DNA of 64,000 nucleotides from Eledone cirrhosa (taxonomy: Eukaryota), in the NCBI GenBank assembly GCA_964016885.1, contig OZ024744.1, positions 131,626,001 through 131,690,000 on the forward strand, in the 5' to 3' direction. The position numbers were made by a program, and so were the translations under genes. The stretch's first letter is position 1, and each line of letters opens with the position of its first letter. Positions 50,119 through 62,162 of the stretch are shown here, in pieces. Below the pieces are notes generated by a model that was not told the DNA's origin, made no database searches, and saw only the letters and a list, made by a program, of their open reading frames with translations.

Positions 50119-53100
50119 TTCGGGGTTAAGTTAAGTTGGGGTTAAGTTAAGTTAGGCTTAACTTAAGTTGGGGTTAAGTTAAGTTGGGGGTAAGTTAAGT
50201 TCTGGGTAAGTTAAGTTGGGGTTAAGTTGGGGTTAATTTAAGTTAGGGTTAAGTTAAGTTGGGGTTGAGTTAAGTTGGGGTTAAGTTAAGTTGGGGTTAA
50301 GTTAAGTTGGGGTCAAGTTAAGTTGGGGTTAAAATTAAGTTGGGGTTAAGTCAAGTTGGGGTTAAGTTAAGTTGGGGTTAATTTAGTTGGGGTTAAGTTA
50401 AGTTGGGGCTAAGTTAATTTGGGGCTAAGTTAAGTTGGGGCTAAGTTAAGTTGGGGTTAAGTTAAGTTGGGGTTAAGTTAAGTTGGGGTTAATTTAAATT
50501 GGGGTTAAGTTAACTTTGTGGTTAAGTTAAGTTGGGGTTAAGTTAAGTTGGGGCTAAGTTAAGTTGGGGTTAAGTTAAGTTGGGGTTAAGTTAAGTTGGG
50601 GTTGAGTTAAGTTGGGGTAGAGTGAAGTTGGGGTTAAGTTAAGTTGGGGTTAAGTTAAGTTGGCGTTAAGTTAAGTTGGGGTTGAGTTAAGTTGGGGTTG
50701 AGTTAATTTAGGGTTAAGTTAAGTTGGGGTTAAGTTAAGTTGGGTTTAAGTTAAGTTGGGGTTAAATTAAGTTGGGGTTAAATTAAGTTGGGGTTAAGTT
50801 AAGTTGGGGGTAAGTTAAGTTGGGGTTAAGTTAAGTTGGGGTTCAGTTAAGTTAGGGTTAAGTTAAGTTTGGGTTAAGTTGGGGTTAAATTAAGTTGGGG
50901 TTAAGTTAAGTTGGGGTTTAGTTAAGTTGGAGTTAAGTTAAGTTGGGGTTAATTTAAGTTGGTGTTAAGTTAAGTGGTGGTTATGTTAAGTTGGGGTTAA
51001 GTTAAGTTGGGGTTAATTTAAATTGGGGTTAAGTTAACTTTGTGGTTAAGTTAAGTTGGGGTTAAGTTAAGTTGGGGTTAAGTTAAGTTGGGGTTAAGTT
51101 AAGTCGAAGTTAAGTTAAGTCGGGGTTAAGTTAAGTTGGGGTTGAGTGAAGTTGGGGTTAAGTTAAGTTGGGGTTAATTTAAGTTGGGGTTAAGTTAAGT
51201 CGGGGTTAAGTTAAGTTGGGGTTGAGTTAAGTTGGGGTTAATTTAAGTTGGGGCTAAGTTAATTTGGGTTTAAGTTAAGTTGGGGTTAAATTAAGTTGGG
51301 GTTAAGTTAAGTTGGGGGTAAGTTAAGTTGGGGGCAAGTTAAGTTGGGGTTCAGTTAAGTTGGGGTTAAATTAAGTTGGGGTTAAGTTTAGTTGGTGTTA
51401 AGTTAAGTTGGGGTTTATTTAAGTTGGGGTTAATTAAGTTGGGGTTAAGTTAAGTTGGGGTTAAGTTAAGTTGGGGTTAATTTAAGTTGGGGTTGAGTTA
51501 AGTTGGGGTTAAGTTAAGTTGGGTTTATATTAAGTTGGGGTTAAGTTAAGTTGGGGTTAAGTTAAGTTGGGGTTCAGTTAAGTTGCGGTTAAGTTAAGTT
51601 GGGGTTAAGTTAAGTTGGGGTTAAGTTAAGTTGGGGTTAAGTTAAGTTGGGGTTAAGTTAAGTTGGTGTTAAGTTAAGTTGGGGCTGAGTTAAGTTGGGG
51701 CTGAGTTAAGTTGGGGTTAAGTTAAGTTGGGGTTGAGTTAAGTTGGGGTTAAGTTAAGTTGGGGTTAAGTTAAGTTGGGGTTCAGTTAAGTTGGGGTTAA
51801 GTTAAGTTTGGGTTAAGTTGGGGTTAAATTAATTTGGGGTTAAGTTAAGTTGGGGTTTAGTTTAGTTGGGGTTAATTTAAGTTGGGGTTAAGTTAAGTTG
51901 CGGGTAATTTAAGTTGGGGTTAAGTTAAGTTGGAGTTAAGTTAAGTTGGGGTTAAGTTAAGTTGGGGTTAAGCTAAGTTGGGGGTAAGTTAAGTTGGGGG
52001 TAAGTTAAGTTGGGGTTAAGTTAAGTTGGGGTTAAGTTAAGTTAGGGTTAAGTTAAGTTGGGGTTGAGTTAAGTTGAGGTTAAGTTAAGTTGGGGTTATG
52101 TTAAGTTGGGGTTAAGTTAAGTTGCGGTTAAGTTAAGTTGGGGTTAAGTTAAGTTGGGGTTAAGTTAAATTGGGGTTAAGTTAAGTTGGGGTTGAGTTAA
52201 GTTGGGGTTAAGTTAAGTTGGGGTTATGTTAAGTTGGGGTTAATTTAAGTTGCGGTTAAGTTAAGTTGGGGTTAAGTTGGGGTTAAGTTAAGTGGTGGTT
52301 ATGTTAAGTTGGGGTTAAGTTAAGTTGGGTTTAATTTAAATTGGGGTTAAGTTAACTTTGTGGTTAAGTTAAGTTGGGGCTAAATTAAGTTGGGGCTAAG
52401 TTAAGTTGGGGCTAAGTTAAGTTGGGGTTCAGTTAAGTTGGGGTTAAGTTAAGTTTGGGTTAAGTTGGGGTTAAATTAAGTTGGGGTTAAGTTAAGTTGG
52501 GGTTTAGTTAAGTTGGGGTTAAGTTAAGTTGGGGTTAATTTAAGTTGGGGTTAAGTTAAGTGGTGGTTATGTTAAGTTGGGGTTAAGTTAAGTTGGGGTT
52601 AATTTAAATTGGGGTTAAGTTAACTTTGTGGTTAAGTTAAGCTGGGGTTAAGTTAAGTTGGGGTTAAGTTAAGTTGGTTAGTTAAGTTGAGTTTAAGTTA
52701 AGTTGGGGTTAATTTAAGTTGGGTTTAAGTTAAGTTGGGGTTAAGTTAAGTTGGGGTTAAGTTAAGTTGGGGTTCAGTTAAGTTGGGGTTAAGTTAAGTT
52801 GGGGTTAAGATGGGGTTAAATTAAGTTGGGGTTAAGTTAAGTTGGGGTTAAGTTAAGTTGGGGTTAAGTTAAGTCGGGGTTAAGTTAAGTCGGGGTTATG
52901 TTAAGTTAGGGTTAAGTTAAGTTTGAGTTAAGTTAAGTTGGGGTGAGTTAAGTTGGGGTTGAGTTAAATTGGGGTGGAGTTAAGTTGGGGTTGAGTTAAG
53001 TTGGTGTTGAGTTAAGTTGGGGTTAAGTTAAGTTGCAGTTAAGTTAAGTTGAGGTTAAGTTAAGTAGGGGTTAAGTTAAGTTGGGGTTAAGTTAAGTTGG

Positions 53101-55812
53101 GGCTAAGTTAATTTGGGGCTAAGTTAAGTTGGGGCTAAGTTAAGTTGGGGTTCAGTTAAGTTGGGGTTAAGTTAAGTTTGGGTTAAGTTGGGGTTAAATT
53201 AAGTTGGGGTTAAGTTAAGTTGGGGTTTAGTTAAGTTGGGGTTAAGTTAAGTTGGGGTTAATTTAAGTTGGGGTTAAGTTAAGTTGGTGTTAAGTTAAGT
53301 GGTGGTTATGTTAAGTTGGGGTTAAGTTAAGTTGGGGTTAATTTAAATTGGGGTTAAGTTAACTTTGTGGTTAAGTTAAGTTGGGGTTAAGTTAAGTTGG
53401 GGTTAAGTTAAGTTGGGGTTGAGTTAAGTTGGGGTTGAGTGAAGTTGGGGTTAAGTTAAGTTGGGGTTAATTTATGTTGGGGTTAAGTTAAGTCGGGGTT
53501 AAGTTAAGTTGGGGTTGAGGTAAGTTGGGGTTAATTTAAGTTGGGGCTAAGTTAATTTGTGGTTAAGTTAAGTTGGGGTTAAGTTAAGTTGGGGTTAAGT
53601 TAAGTTGGGGTTGAGTTAAGTTGGGGTTGAGTTAATTTAGGGTTAAGTTAAGTTGGGGTTAAGTTAAGTTGGGTTTAAGTTAAGTTGGGGTTAAATTAAG
53701 TTGGGGTTAAGTTAAGTTGGGGGTAAGTTAAGTTGGGGGCAAGTTAAGTTGGGGTTAAGTTAAGTTGGGGTTAAATTAAGTTGGGGTTAAGTTTACTTGG
53801 TGTTAAGTTAAGTTGGGGTTTATTTAAGTTGGGGTCAACTTAAGTTGGGGTTAAGTTAAGTTGGGGTTAAGTTAAGTTGGTGTTAAGTTAAGTTGGGGCT
53901 AAGTTAAGTTGGGGCTGAGTTAAGTTGGGGCTGAGTTAAGTTGGGGTTAAGTTAAGTTGGGGTTAATTTAAGTTGGGGTTAATTTAAGTTGGGGTTGAGT
54001 TAAGTTGGGGTTAAGTTAAGTTGGGTTTATATTAAGTTGGGGTTAAGTTAAGTTGGGGTTAAGTTAAGTTGGGGTTCAGGTAAGTTGCGGTTAAGTTAAG
54101 TTGGGGTTAAGTTAAGTTGGGATTAAGTTAAGTTGGGGTTAAGTTAAGTTGGGGTTAAGTTAAGTTGGGGTTAAGTTAAGTTGGTGTTAAGTTAAGTTGG
54201 GGCTGAGTTAAGTTGGGGCTGAGTTAAGTTGGGGTTAAGTTAAGTTGGGGTTGAGTTAAGTTGGGGTTCAGTTAAGTTGGGGTTAAGTTAAGTTGGGGTT
54301 AAGTTAAGTTGGGGTTAAGTTAAGTTGGGGTTTAATTAAGTTGGGGTTAAGTAAAGTTTGGGTTAAGTTGGGGTTAAATTAATTTGGGGTTAAGTTAAGT
54401 TGGGGTTTAGTTTAGTTGGGGTTAAGTTAAGTTGGGGTTAATTTAAGTTGGGCTTAAGTTAAGTTGCGGGTAATTTAAGTTGGGGTTAAGTTAAGTTGGG
54501 GTTAAGTTAAGTTGGGGTTAAGTTAAGTTGGGGTTAAGTTAAGTTGGGGTTAAGTTAAGTTGGGTTAAGTTAAGTTGGGGGTAAGTTAAGTTGGGGGTAA
54601 GTTAAGTTGGGGTTAAGTTAAGTTAGGGTTAAGTTAAGTTGGAGTTGAGTTAAGTTGGGGTTAAGTTAAGTTGGAGTTATGTTAAGTTGGGGTTAAGTTA
54701 AGTTGCGGTTAAGTTAAGTTGTGGTTAAGTTAAGTTGGGGTTAAGTTATATTGGGGTTAAGTTAAGTTGGGGTTGATTTAAGTTGGGGTTAAGTTAAGTT
54801 GGGGTTATGTTAAGTTGGGGTTAAGTTAAGTTGCGGTTAAGTTAAGTTGGGGTTAAGTTGGCGTTAAGTTAAGTGGTGGTTATGTTAAGTTGGGGTTAAG
54901 TTAAGTTGGGGGTAAGTTAAGTTGGGGGTAAGTTAAGTTGGGGTTAAGTTAAGTTAGGGTTAAGTTAAGTTGGGGTTGAGTTAAGTTGGGGTTAAGTTAA
55001 GTTGGGGTTATGTTAAGTTGGGGTTAAGTTAAGTTGCGGTTAAGTTAAGTTGGGGTTAAGTTAAGTTGGGGTTAAGTTAAATTGGGGTTAAGTTAAGTTG
55101 GGGTTGAGTTAAGTTGGGGTTAAGTTAAGTTGGGGTTATGTTAAGTTGGGGTTAAGTTGGCGTTAAGTTAAGTGGTGGTTATGTTAAGTTGGGGTTAAGT
55201 TAAGTTGGGGTTAATTTAAATTGGGGTTAAGTTAACTTTGTGGTTAAGTTAAGTTGGGGCTAAATTAAGTTGGGGCTAAGTTAAGTTGGGGCTAAGTTAA
55301 GTTGGGGTTCAGTTAAGTTGGGGTTAAGTTAAGTTTGGGTTAAGTTGGGGTTAAATTAAGTTGGGGTTAAGTTAAGTTGGGGTTTAGTTAAGTTGGGGTT
55401 AAGTTAAGTTGGGGTTAATTTAAGTTGGGGTTAAGTTAAGTTGGGGTTAAGTTAAGTGGTGGTTATGTTAAGTTGGGGTTAAGTTAAGTTGGGGTTAATT
55501 TAAATTGGGGTTAAGTTAACTTTGTGGTTAAGTTAAGTTGGGGTTTAGTTAAGTTGGGGTTAAGTTAAGTTGGGGTTAAGTTAAGTTGGGGTTCAGTTAA
55601 GTTGCGGTCAAGTTAAGATGGGGTTAAGTTAAGTTGGGGTTAAGTTAAGTTGGGGTTAAGTTAATTTGGGGTTCAGTTAAGTTGGGGTTAAGTCAAGTTG
55701 GGGTTAAGTTGGGGTTAAATTAATTTAGGGTTAAGTTAAGTTGGGGTTAAGTTAAGTTGGGGTTAAGTTAAGTTGGGGTTAAGTTAATTTGTGGTTAAGT
55801 TAAGTTGGGGTT

Positions 55813-56237
55813 AACCCCAACTTCACTCAACCCCACCTTAACTCAACCCCAACTGAACTTAACCCCAACTTCACTCAACCCCAACTTAACTTAACCCCAA
55901 CTTCACTCAACCCCAACTTAACTCAACCCCAACTTAACTTAACCCCAACTTAACTTAACCCTAACTTAACTTAACCCCGACTTAACTTAACTTCGACTTA
56001 ACTTAACCCCAACTTAACTTAACCCCAACTTAACTTAACCCCAACTTAACTTAACCACAAATTAACTTAACCCAAACTTAAATTAACCCCAACTTAAATT
56101 AACCCCAACTTAACTTAACCCCAACTTAACTTAACCCCAACTTAACTCACACCCAACTTAACTTACCCCCAACTTAACTTAACCCCAACTTGACTTAACC
56201 CCAACTTAACTTAACCCCAACTTAACTTAAACCCAAA
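55813..56237 (-). repeat. Inverted island 15 (425 bp, long type)
   Basis: As island 7; exit reads acccaaattcgggg (one substitution). Confidence 0.96.
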
Positions 56238-57546
56238 TTCGGGGTTAAGTTAAGTTGGGGTTAAGTTAAGTTAGGCTTAACTTAAGTTGGGGTTAAATTA
56301 AGTTAGGGTTAAGTTAAGTTGGGTTTAAGTTAAGTTGGGGTTAAATTAAGTTGGGGTTAAGTTAAGTTGGGGGTAAATTAAGTTGGGGGCAAGTTAAGTT
56401 GGGGTTCAGTTAAGTTGGGGTTAAATTAAGTTGGGGTTAAGTTTAGTTGGTGTTAAGTTAAGTTGGGGTTAATTTAAGTTGGGGTTGAGTTAAGTTGGGG
56501 TTAAGTTAAGTTGGGTTTATATTAAGTTGGGGTTAAGTTAAGTTGGGGTTCAGTTAAGTTGCGGTTAAGTTAAGTTGGGGTTAAGTTAAGTTGGGGTTAA
56601 GTTAAGTTGGGGTTAAGTTAAGTTGGTGTTAAGTTAAGTTGGGGCTGAGTTAAGTTGGCGCTGAGTTAAGTTGGGGTTAAGTTAAGTTGGGGTTGAGTTA
56701 AGTTGGGGTTAAGTTAAGTTGGGTTTAAGTTAAGTTGGGGTTAAGTTAAGTTGGGGTTAAGTTAAGTTGGGGTTTAGTTAAGTTGGGGTTCAGTTAAGTT
56801 GGGGTTAAGTTAAGTTGGGGTTAAGTTAAGTTGGGGTTAAGTTAAGTTGGGGTTAAGTTAAGGTAGGGTTAAGTTAAGTTGGGGTTGAGTTAAGTTGGGG
56901 TTAAGTTAAGTTGGGGTTATGTTAAGTTGGGGTTAAGTTAAGTTGCGGTTAAGTTAAGTTGGGGTTAAGTTAAGTTGGGGTTAAGTTAAATTGGGGTTGA
57001 GTTAAATTGGGGTTAAGTTAAGTTGGGGTTAAGTTGGGGTTAAGTTAAGTGGTGGTTATGTTAAGTTGGGGTTAAGTTAAGTTGGGGTTAATTTAAATTG
57101 GGGTTAAGTTAACTTTGTGGTTAAGTTAAGTTGGGGTTAAGTTAAGTTGGGGTTGAGTTAAGTTGGGGTTCAGTTAAGTTGCGGTTAAGTTAAGTTGCGG
57201 TTAAGTTAAGTTGGGGTTAAGTTAAGTTGGGGTTAAGTTAAGTTGGGGTCAAGTTAAGCTGGGGTTAAGTTAAGTTGGGGTTAAGTTAAGTTGGTTAGTT
57301 AAGTTGAGTTTAAGTTAAGTTGGGGTTAATTTAAGTTGGGTTTAAGTTAAGTTGGGGTTAAGTTAAGTTGGGGTTAAGCTAAGTTGGGGTTAAGTTAATT
57401 TGGGGTTCAGTTAAGTTGGGGTTAAGTCAAGTTGGGGTTAAGTTGTGGTTAAATTAATTTGGGGTTAAGTTAAGTTGGGGTTAAGTTAAGTTGGGGTTAA
57501 GTTAAGTTGGGGTTAAGTTAATTTGTGGTTAAGTTAAGTTGGGGTT

Positions 57547-57875
57547 AACCCCAACTTCACTCAACCCCACCTTAACTCAACCCCAACTTAACTTAACCCC
57601 AACTTCACTCAACCCCAACTTAACTCAACCCCAACTGAACTTAACCCCAACTTAACTTAACCCTAACTTAACTTAACCCCGACTTAACTTAACCACAAAT
57701 TAAGTTAACCCCAACTTAAATTAACCCCAACTTAAATTAACCCCAACTTAACTTAACCCCAACTTAACTTAACCCCAACTTAACTCACACCCAACTTAAC
57801 TTACCCCCAACTTAACTTAACCCCAACTTGACTTAACCCAAACTTAACTTAACCCCAACTTAACTTAACCCCAAA
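57547..57875 (-). repeat. Inverted island 16 (329 bp, shortest type)
   Basis: 393-bp type minus 64 bp including the cttcgac unit (reads ccccgacttaacttaaccacaaat). Confidence 0.96.
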
Positions 57876-60099
57876 TTCGGGGTTAAGTTAAGTTGGGGTT
57901 AAGTTAAGTTAGGCTTAACTTAAGTTGGGGTTAAGTTAAGTTGGGGGTAAGTTAAGTTCTGGGTAAGTTAAGTTGGGGTTAAGTTGGGGTTAATTTAAGT
58001 TAGGGTTAAGTTAAGTTGGGGTTGAGTTAAGTTGGGGTTAAGTTAAGTTGGGGTTAAGTTAAGTTGGGGTCAAGTTAAGTTGGGGTTAAAATTAAGTTGG
58101 GGTTAAGTCAAGTTGGGGTTAAGTTAAGTTGGGGTTAATTTAGTTGGGGTTAAGTTAAGTTGGGGCTAAGTTAATTTGGGGCTAAGTTAAGTTGGGGCTA
58201 AGTTAAGTTGGGGTTAAGTTAAGTTGGGGTTAAGTTAAGTTGGGGTTAATTTAAATTGGGGTTAAGTTAAGTTGGGGTTAAGTTAAGTTGGGGCTAAGTT
58301 AAGTTGGGGTTAAGTTAAGTTGGGGTTAAGTTAAGTTGGGGTTGAGTTAAGTTGGGGTTGAGTGAAGTTGGGGTTAAGTTAAGTTGGCGTTAAGTTAAGT
58401 TGGGGTTGAGTTAAGTTGGGGTTGAGTTAATTTAGGGTTAAGTTAAGTTGGGGTTAAGTTAAGTTGGGTTTAAGTTAAGTTGGGGTTAAATTAAGTTGGG
58501 GTTAAATTAAGTTGGGGTTAAGTTAAGTTGGGGGTAAGTTAAGTTGGGGTTAAGTTAAGTTGGGGTTCAGTTAAGTTAGGGTTAAGTTAAGTTTGGGTTA
58601 AGTTGGGGTTAAATTAAGTTGGGGTTAAGTTAAGTTGGGGTTTAGTTAAGTTGGAGTTAAGTTAAGTTGGGGTTAATTTAAGTTGGGGTTAAGTTAAGTT
58701 GGTGTTAAGTTAAGTGGTGGTTATGTTAAGTTGGGGTTAAGTTAAGTTGGGGTTAATTTAAATTGGGGTTAAGTTAACTTTGTGGTTAAGTTAAGTTGGG
58801 GTTAAGTTAAGTTGGGGTTAAGTTAAGTTGGGGTTGAGTTAAGTTGGGGTTGAGTGAAGTTGGGGTTAAGTTAAGTTGGGGTTAATTTAAGTTGGGGTTA
58901 AGTTAAGTCGGGGTTAAGTTAAGTTGGGGTTGAGTTAAGTTGGTGTTAATTTAAGTTGGGGCTAAGTTAATTTGTGGTTAAGTTAAGTTGGGGTTAAGTT
59001 AAGTTGGGGTTAAGTTAAGTTGGGGTTGAGTTAAGTTGGGGTTAAGTTAAGTTGGGGTTATGTTAAGTTGGGGTTAAGTTAAGTTGCGGTTAAGTTAAGT
59101 TGGGGTTAAGTTGGCGTTAAGTTAAGTGGTGGTTATGTTAAGTTGGGGTTAAGTTAAGTTGGGGGTAAGTTAAGTTGGGGGTAAGTTAAGTTGGGGTTAA
59201 GTTAAGTTAGGGTTAAGTTAAGTTGGGGTTGAGTTAAGTTGGGGTTAAGTTAAGTTGGGGTTATGTTAAGTTGGGGTTAAGTTAAGTTGCGGTTAAGTTA
59301 AGCTGGGGTTAAGTTAAGTTGGGGTTAAGTTAAATTGGGGTTAAGTTAAGTTGGGGTTGAGTTAAGTTGGGGTTAAGTTAAGTTGGGGTTATGTTAAGTT
59401 GGGGTTAAGTTAAGTTGGGGTTAATTTAAATTGGGGTTAAGTTAACTTTGTGGTTAAGTTAAGTTGGGGCTAAATTAAGTTGGGGCTAAGTTAAGTTGGG
59501 GCTAAGTTAAGTTGGGGTTCAGTTAAGTTGGGGTTAAGTTAAGTTTGGGTTAAGTTGGGGTTAAATTAAGTTGGGGTTAAGTTAAGTTGGGGTTTAGTTA
59601 AGTTGGGGTTAAGTTAAGTTGGGGTTAATTTAAGTTGGGGTTAAGTTAAGTTGGGGTTAAGTTAAGTGGTGGTTATGTTAAGTTGGGGTTAAGTTAAGTT
59701 GGGGTTAATTTAAATTGGGGTTAAGTTAACTTTGTGGTTAAGTTAAGTTGGGGTTCAGTTAAGTTGGGGTTAAGTTAAGTTGGGGTTCAGTTAAGTTGCG
59801 GTCAAGTTAAGCTGGGGTTAAGTTAAGTTGGGGTTAAGTTAAGTTGGTTAGTTAAGTTGCGTTTAAGTTAAGTTGGGGTTAATTTAAGTTGGGTTTAAGT
59901 TAAGTTGGCGTTAAGTTAAGTTGGGGTTAAGTTAAGTTGGGGTTAAGTTAATTTGGGGTTCAGTTAAGTTGGGGTTAAGTCAAGTTGGGGTTAAGTTGGG
60001 GTTAAATTAATTTAGGGTTAAGTTAAGTTGGGGTTAAGTTAAGTTGGGGTTAAGTTAAGTTGGGGTTAAGTTAATTTGTGGTTAAGTTAAGTTGGGGTT

Positions 60100-60524
60100 A
60101 ACCCCAACTTCACTCAACCCCACCTTAACTCAACCCCAACTGAACTTAACCCCAACTTCACTCAACCCCAACTTAACTTAACCCCAACTTCACTCAACCC
60201 CAACTTAACTCAACCCCAACTTAACTTAACCCCAACTTAACTTAACCCTAACTTAACTTAACCCCGACTTAACTTAACTTCGACTTAACTTAACCCCAAC
60301 TTAACTTAACCCCAACTTAACTTAACCCCAACTTAACTTAACCACAAATTAACTTAACCCAAACTTAAATTAACCCCAACTTAAATTAACCCCAACTTAA
60401 CTTAACCCCAACTTAACTTAACCCCAACTTAACTCACACCCAACTTAACTTACCCCCAACTTAACTTAACCCCAACTTGACTTAACCCCAACTTAACTTA
60501 ACCCCAACTTAACTTAACCCCAAA
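60100..60524 (-). repeat. Inverted island 17 (425 bp, long type)
   Basis: As island 7. Confidence 0.96.
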
Positions 60525-61833
60525 TTCGGGGTTAAGTTAAGTTGGGGTTAAGTTAAGTTAGGCTTAACTTAAGTTGGGGTTAAGTTAAGTTAGGGTTAAG
60601 TTAAGTTGGGTTTAAGTTAAGTTGGGGTTAAATTAAGTTGGGGTTAAGTTAAGTTGGGGGTAAATTAAGTTGGGGGCAAGTTAAGTTGGGGTTCAGTTAA
60701 GTTGGGGTTAAATTAAGTTGGGGTTAAGTTTAGTTGGTGTTAAGTTAAGTTGGGGTTAATTTAAGTTGGGGTTGAGTTAAGTTGGGGTTAAGTTAAGTTG
60801 GGTTTATATTAAGTTGGGGTTAAGTTAAGTTGAGGTTCAGTTAAGTTGCGGTTAAGTTAAGTTGGGGTTAAGTTAAGTTGGGGTTAAGTTAAGTTGGGGT
60901 TAAGTTAAGTTGGTGTTAAGTTAAGTTGGGGCTGAGTTAAGTTGGGGCTGAGTTAAGTTGGGGTTAAGTTAAGTTGGGGTTGAGTTAAGTTGGGGTTAAG
61001 TTAAGTTGGGTTTAAGTTAAGTTGGGGTTAAGTTAAGTTGGGGTTAAGTTAAGTTGGGGTTTAGTTAAGTTGGGGTTCAGTTAAGTTGGGGTTAAGTTAA
61101 GTTGGGGTTAAGTTAAGTTGGGGTTAAGTTAAGTTGGGGTTAAGTTAAGGTAGGGTTAAGTTAAGTTGGGGTTGAGTTAAGTTGGGGTTAAGTTAAGTTG
61201 GGGTTATGTTAAGTTGGGGTTAAGTTAAGTTGCGGTTAAGTTAAGTTGGGGTTAAGTTAAGTTGGGGTTAAGTTAAATTGGGGTTGAGTTAAATTGGGGT
61301 TAAGTTAAGTTGGGGTTAAGTTGGGGTTAAGTTAAGTGGTGGTTATGTTAAGTTGGGGTTAAGTTAAGTTGGGGTTAATTTAAATTGGGGTTAAGTTAAC
61401 TTTGTGGTTAAGTTAAGTTGGGGTTAAGTTAAGTTGGGGTTGAGTTAAGTTGGGGTTCAGTTAAGTTGCGGTTAAGTTAAGTTGCGGTTAAGTTAAGTTG
61501 GGGTTAAGTTAAGTTGGGGTTAAGTTAAGTTGGGGTCAAGTTAAGCTGGGGTTAAGTTAAGTTGGGGTTAAGTTAAGTTGGTTAGTTAAGTTGAGTTTAA
61601 GTTAAGTTGGGGTTAATTTAAGTTGGGTTTAAGTTAAGTTGGGGTTAAGTTAAGTTGGGGTTAAGCTAAGTTGGGGTTAAGTTAATTTGGGGTTCAGTTA
61701 AGTTGGGGTTAAGTCAAGTTGGGGTTAAGTTGTGGTTAAATTAATTTGGGGTTAAGTTAAGTTGGGGTTAAGTTAAGTTGGGGTTAAGTTAAGTTGGGGT
61801 TAAGTTAATTTGTGGTTAAGTTAAGTTGGGGTT

Positions 61834-62162
61834 AACCCCAACTTCACTCAACCCCACCTTAACTCAACCCCAACTTAACTTAACCCCAACTTCACTCAAC
61901 CCCAACTTAACTCAACCCCAACTGAACTTAACCCCAACTTAACTTAACCCTAACTTAACTTAACCCCGACTTAACTTAACCACAAATTAAGTTAACCCCA
62001 ACTTAAATTAACCCCAACTTAAATTAACCCCAACTTAACTTAACCCCAACTTAACTTAACCCCAACTTAACTCACACCCAACTTAACTTACCCCCAACTT
62101 AACTTAACCCCAACTTGACTTAACCCAAACTTAACTTAACCCCAACTTAACTTAACCCCAAA
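61834..62162 (-). repeat. Inverted island 18 (329 bp, shortest type)
   Basis: Same 64-bp deletion as island 16. Confidence 0.96.

Larger units (their letters stand above)
26480..50230 (+). repeat. ~5.9-kb higher-order repeat, four tandem copies, each with one long and one short inverted island and an internal 1,610-bp duplication
   Basis: gtttacttggtg at 26514, 32505, 38367, 44262 (periods 5,991, 5,862, 5,895); gtaaagtttggg pairs at 27138/28748, 33129/34739, 38991/40601, 44886/46496 (each 1,610 apart). Confidence 0.88.

Noticed and set aside
1468-62162. Eighteen independent telomere fusions, random amplification chimeras, or a recombinase-driven invertible switch
   Set aside because: Identical breakpoints, shared flanks and heritable sub-lineage variants point to one event. 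No full island is seen in the flipped state and no recombinase is present. Read-level confirmation is still needed.
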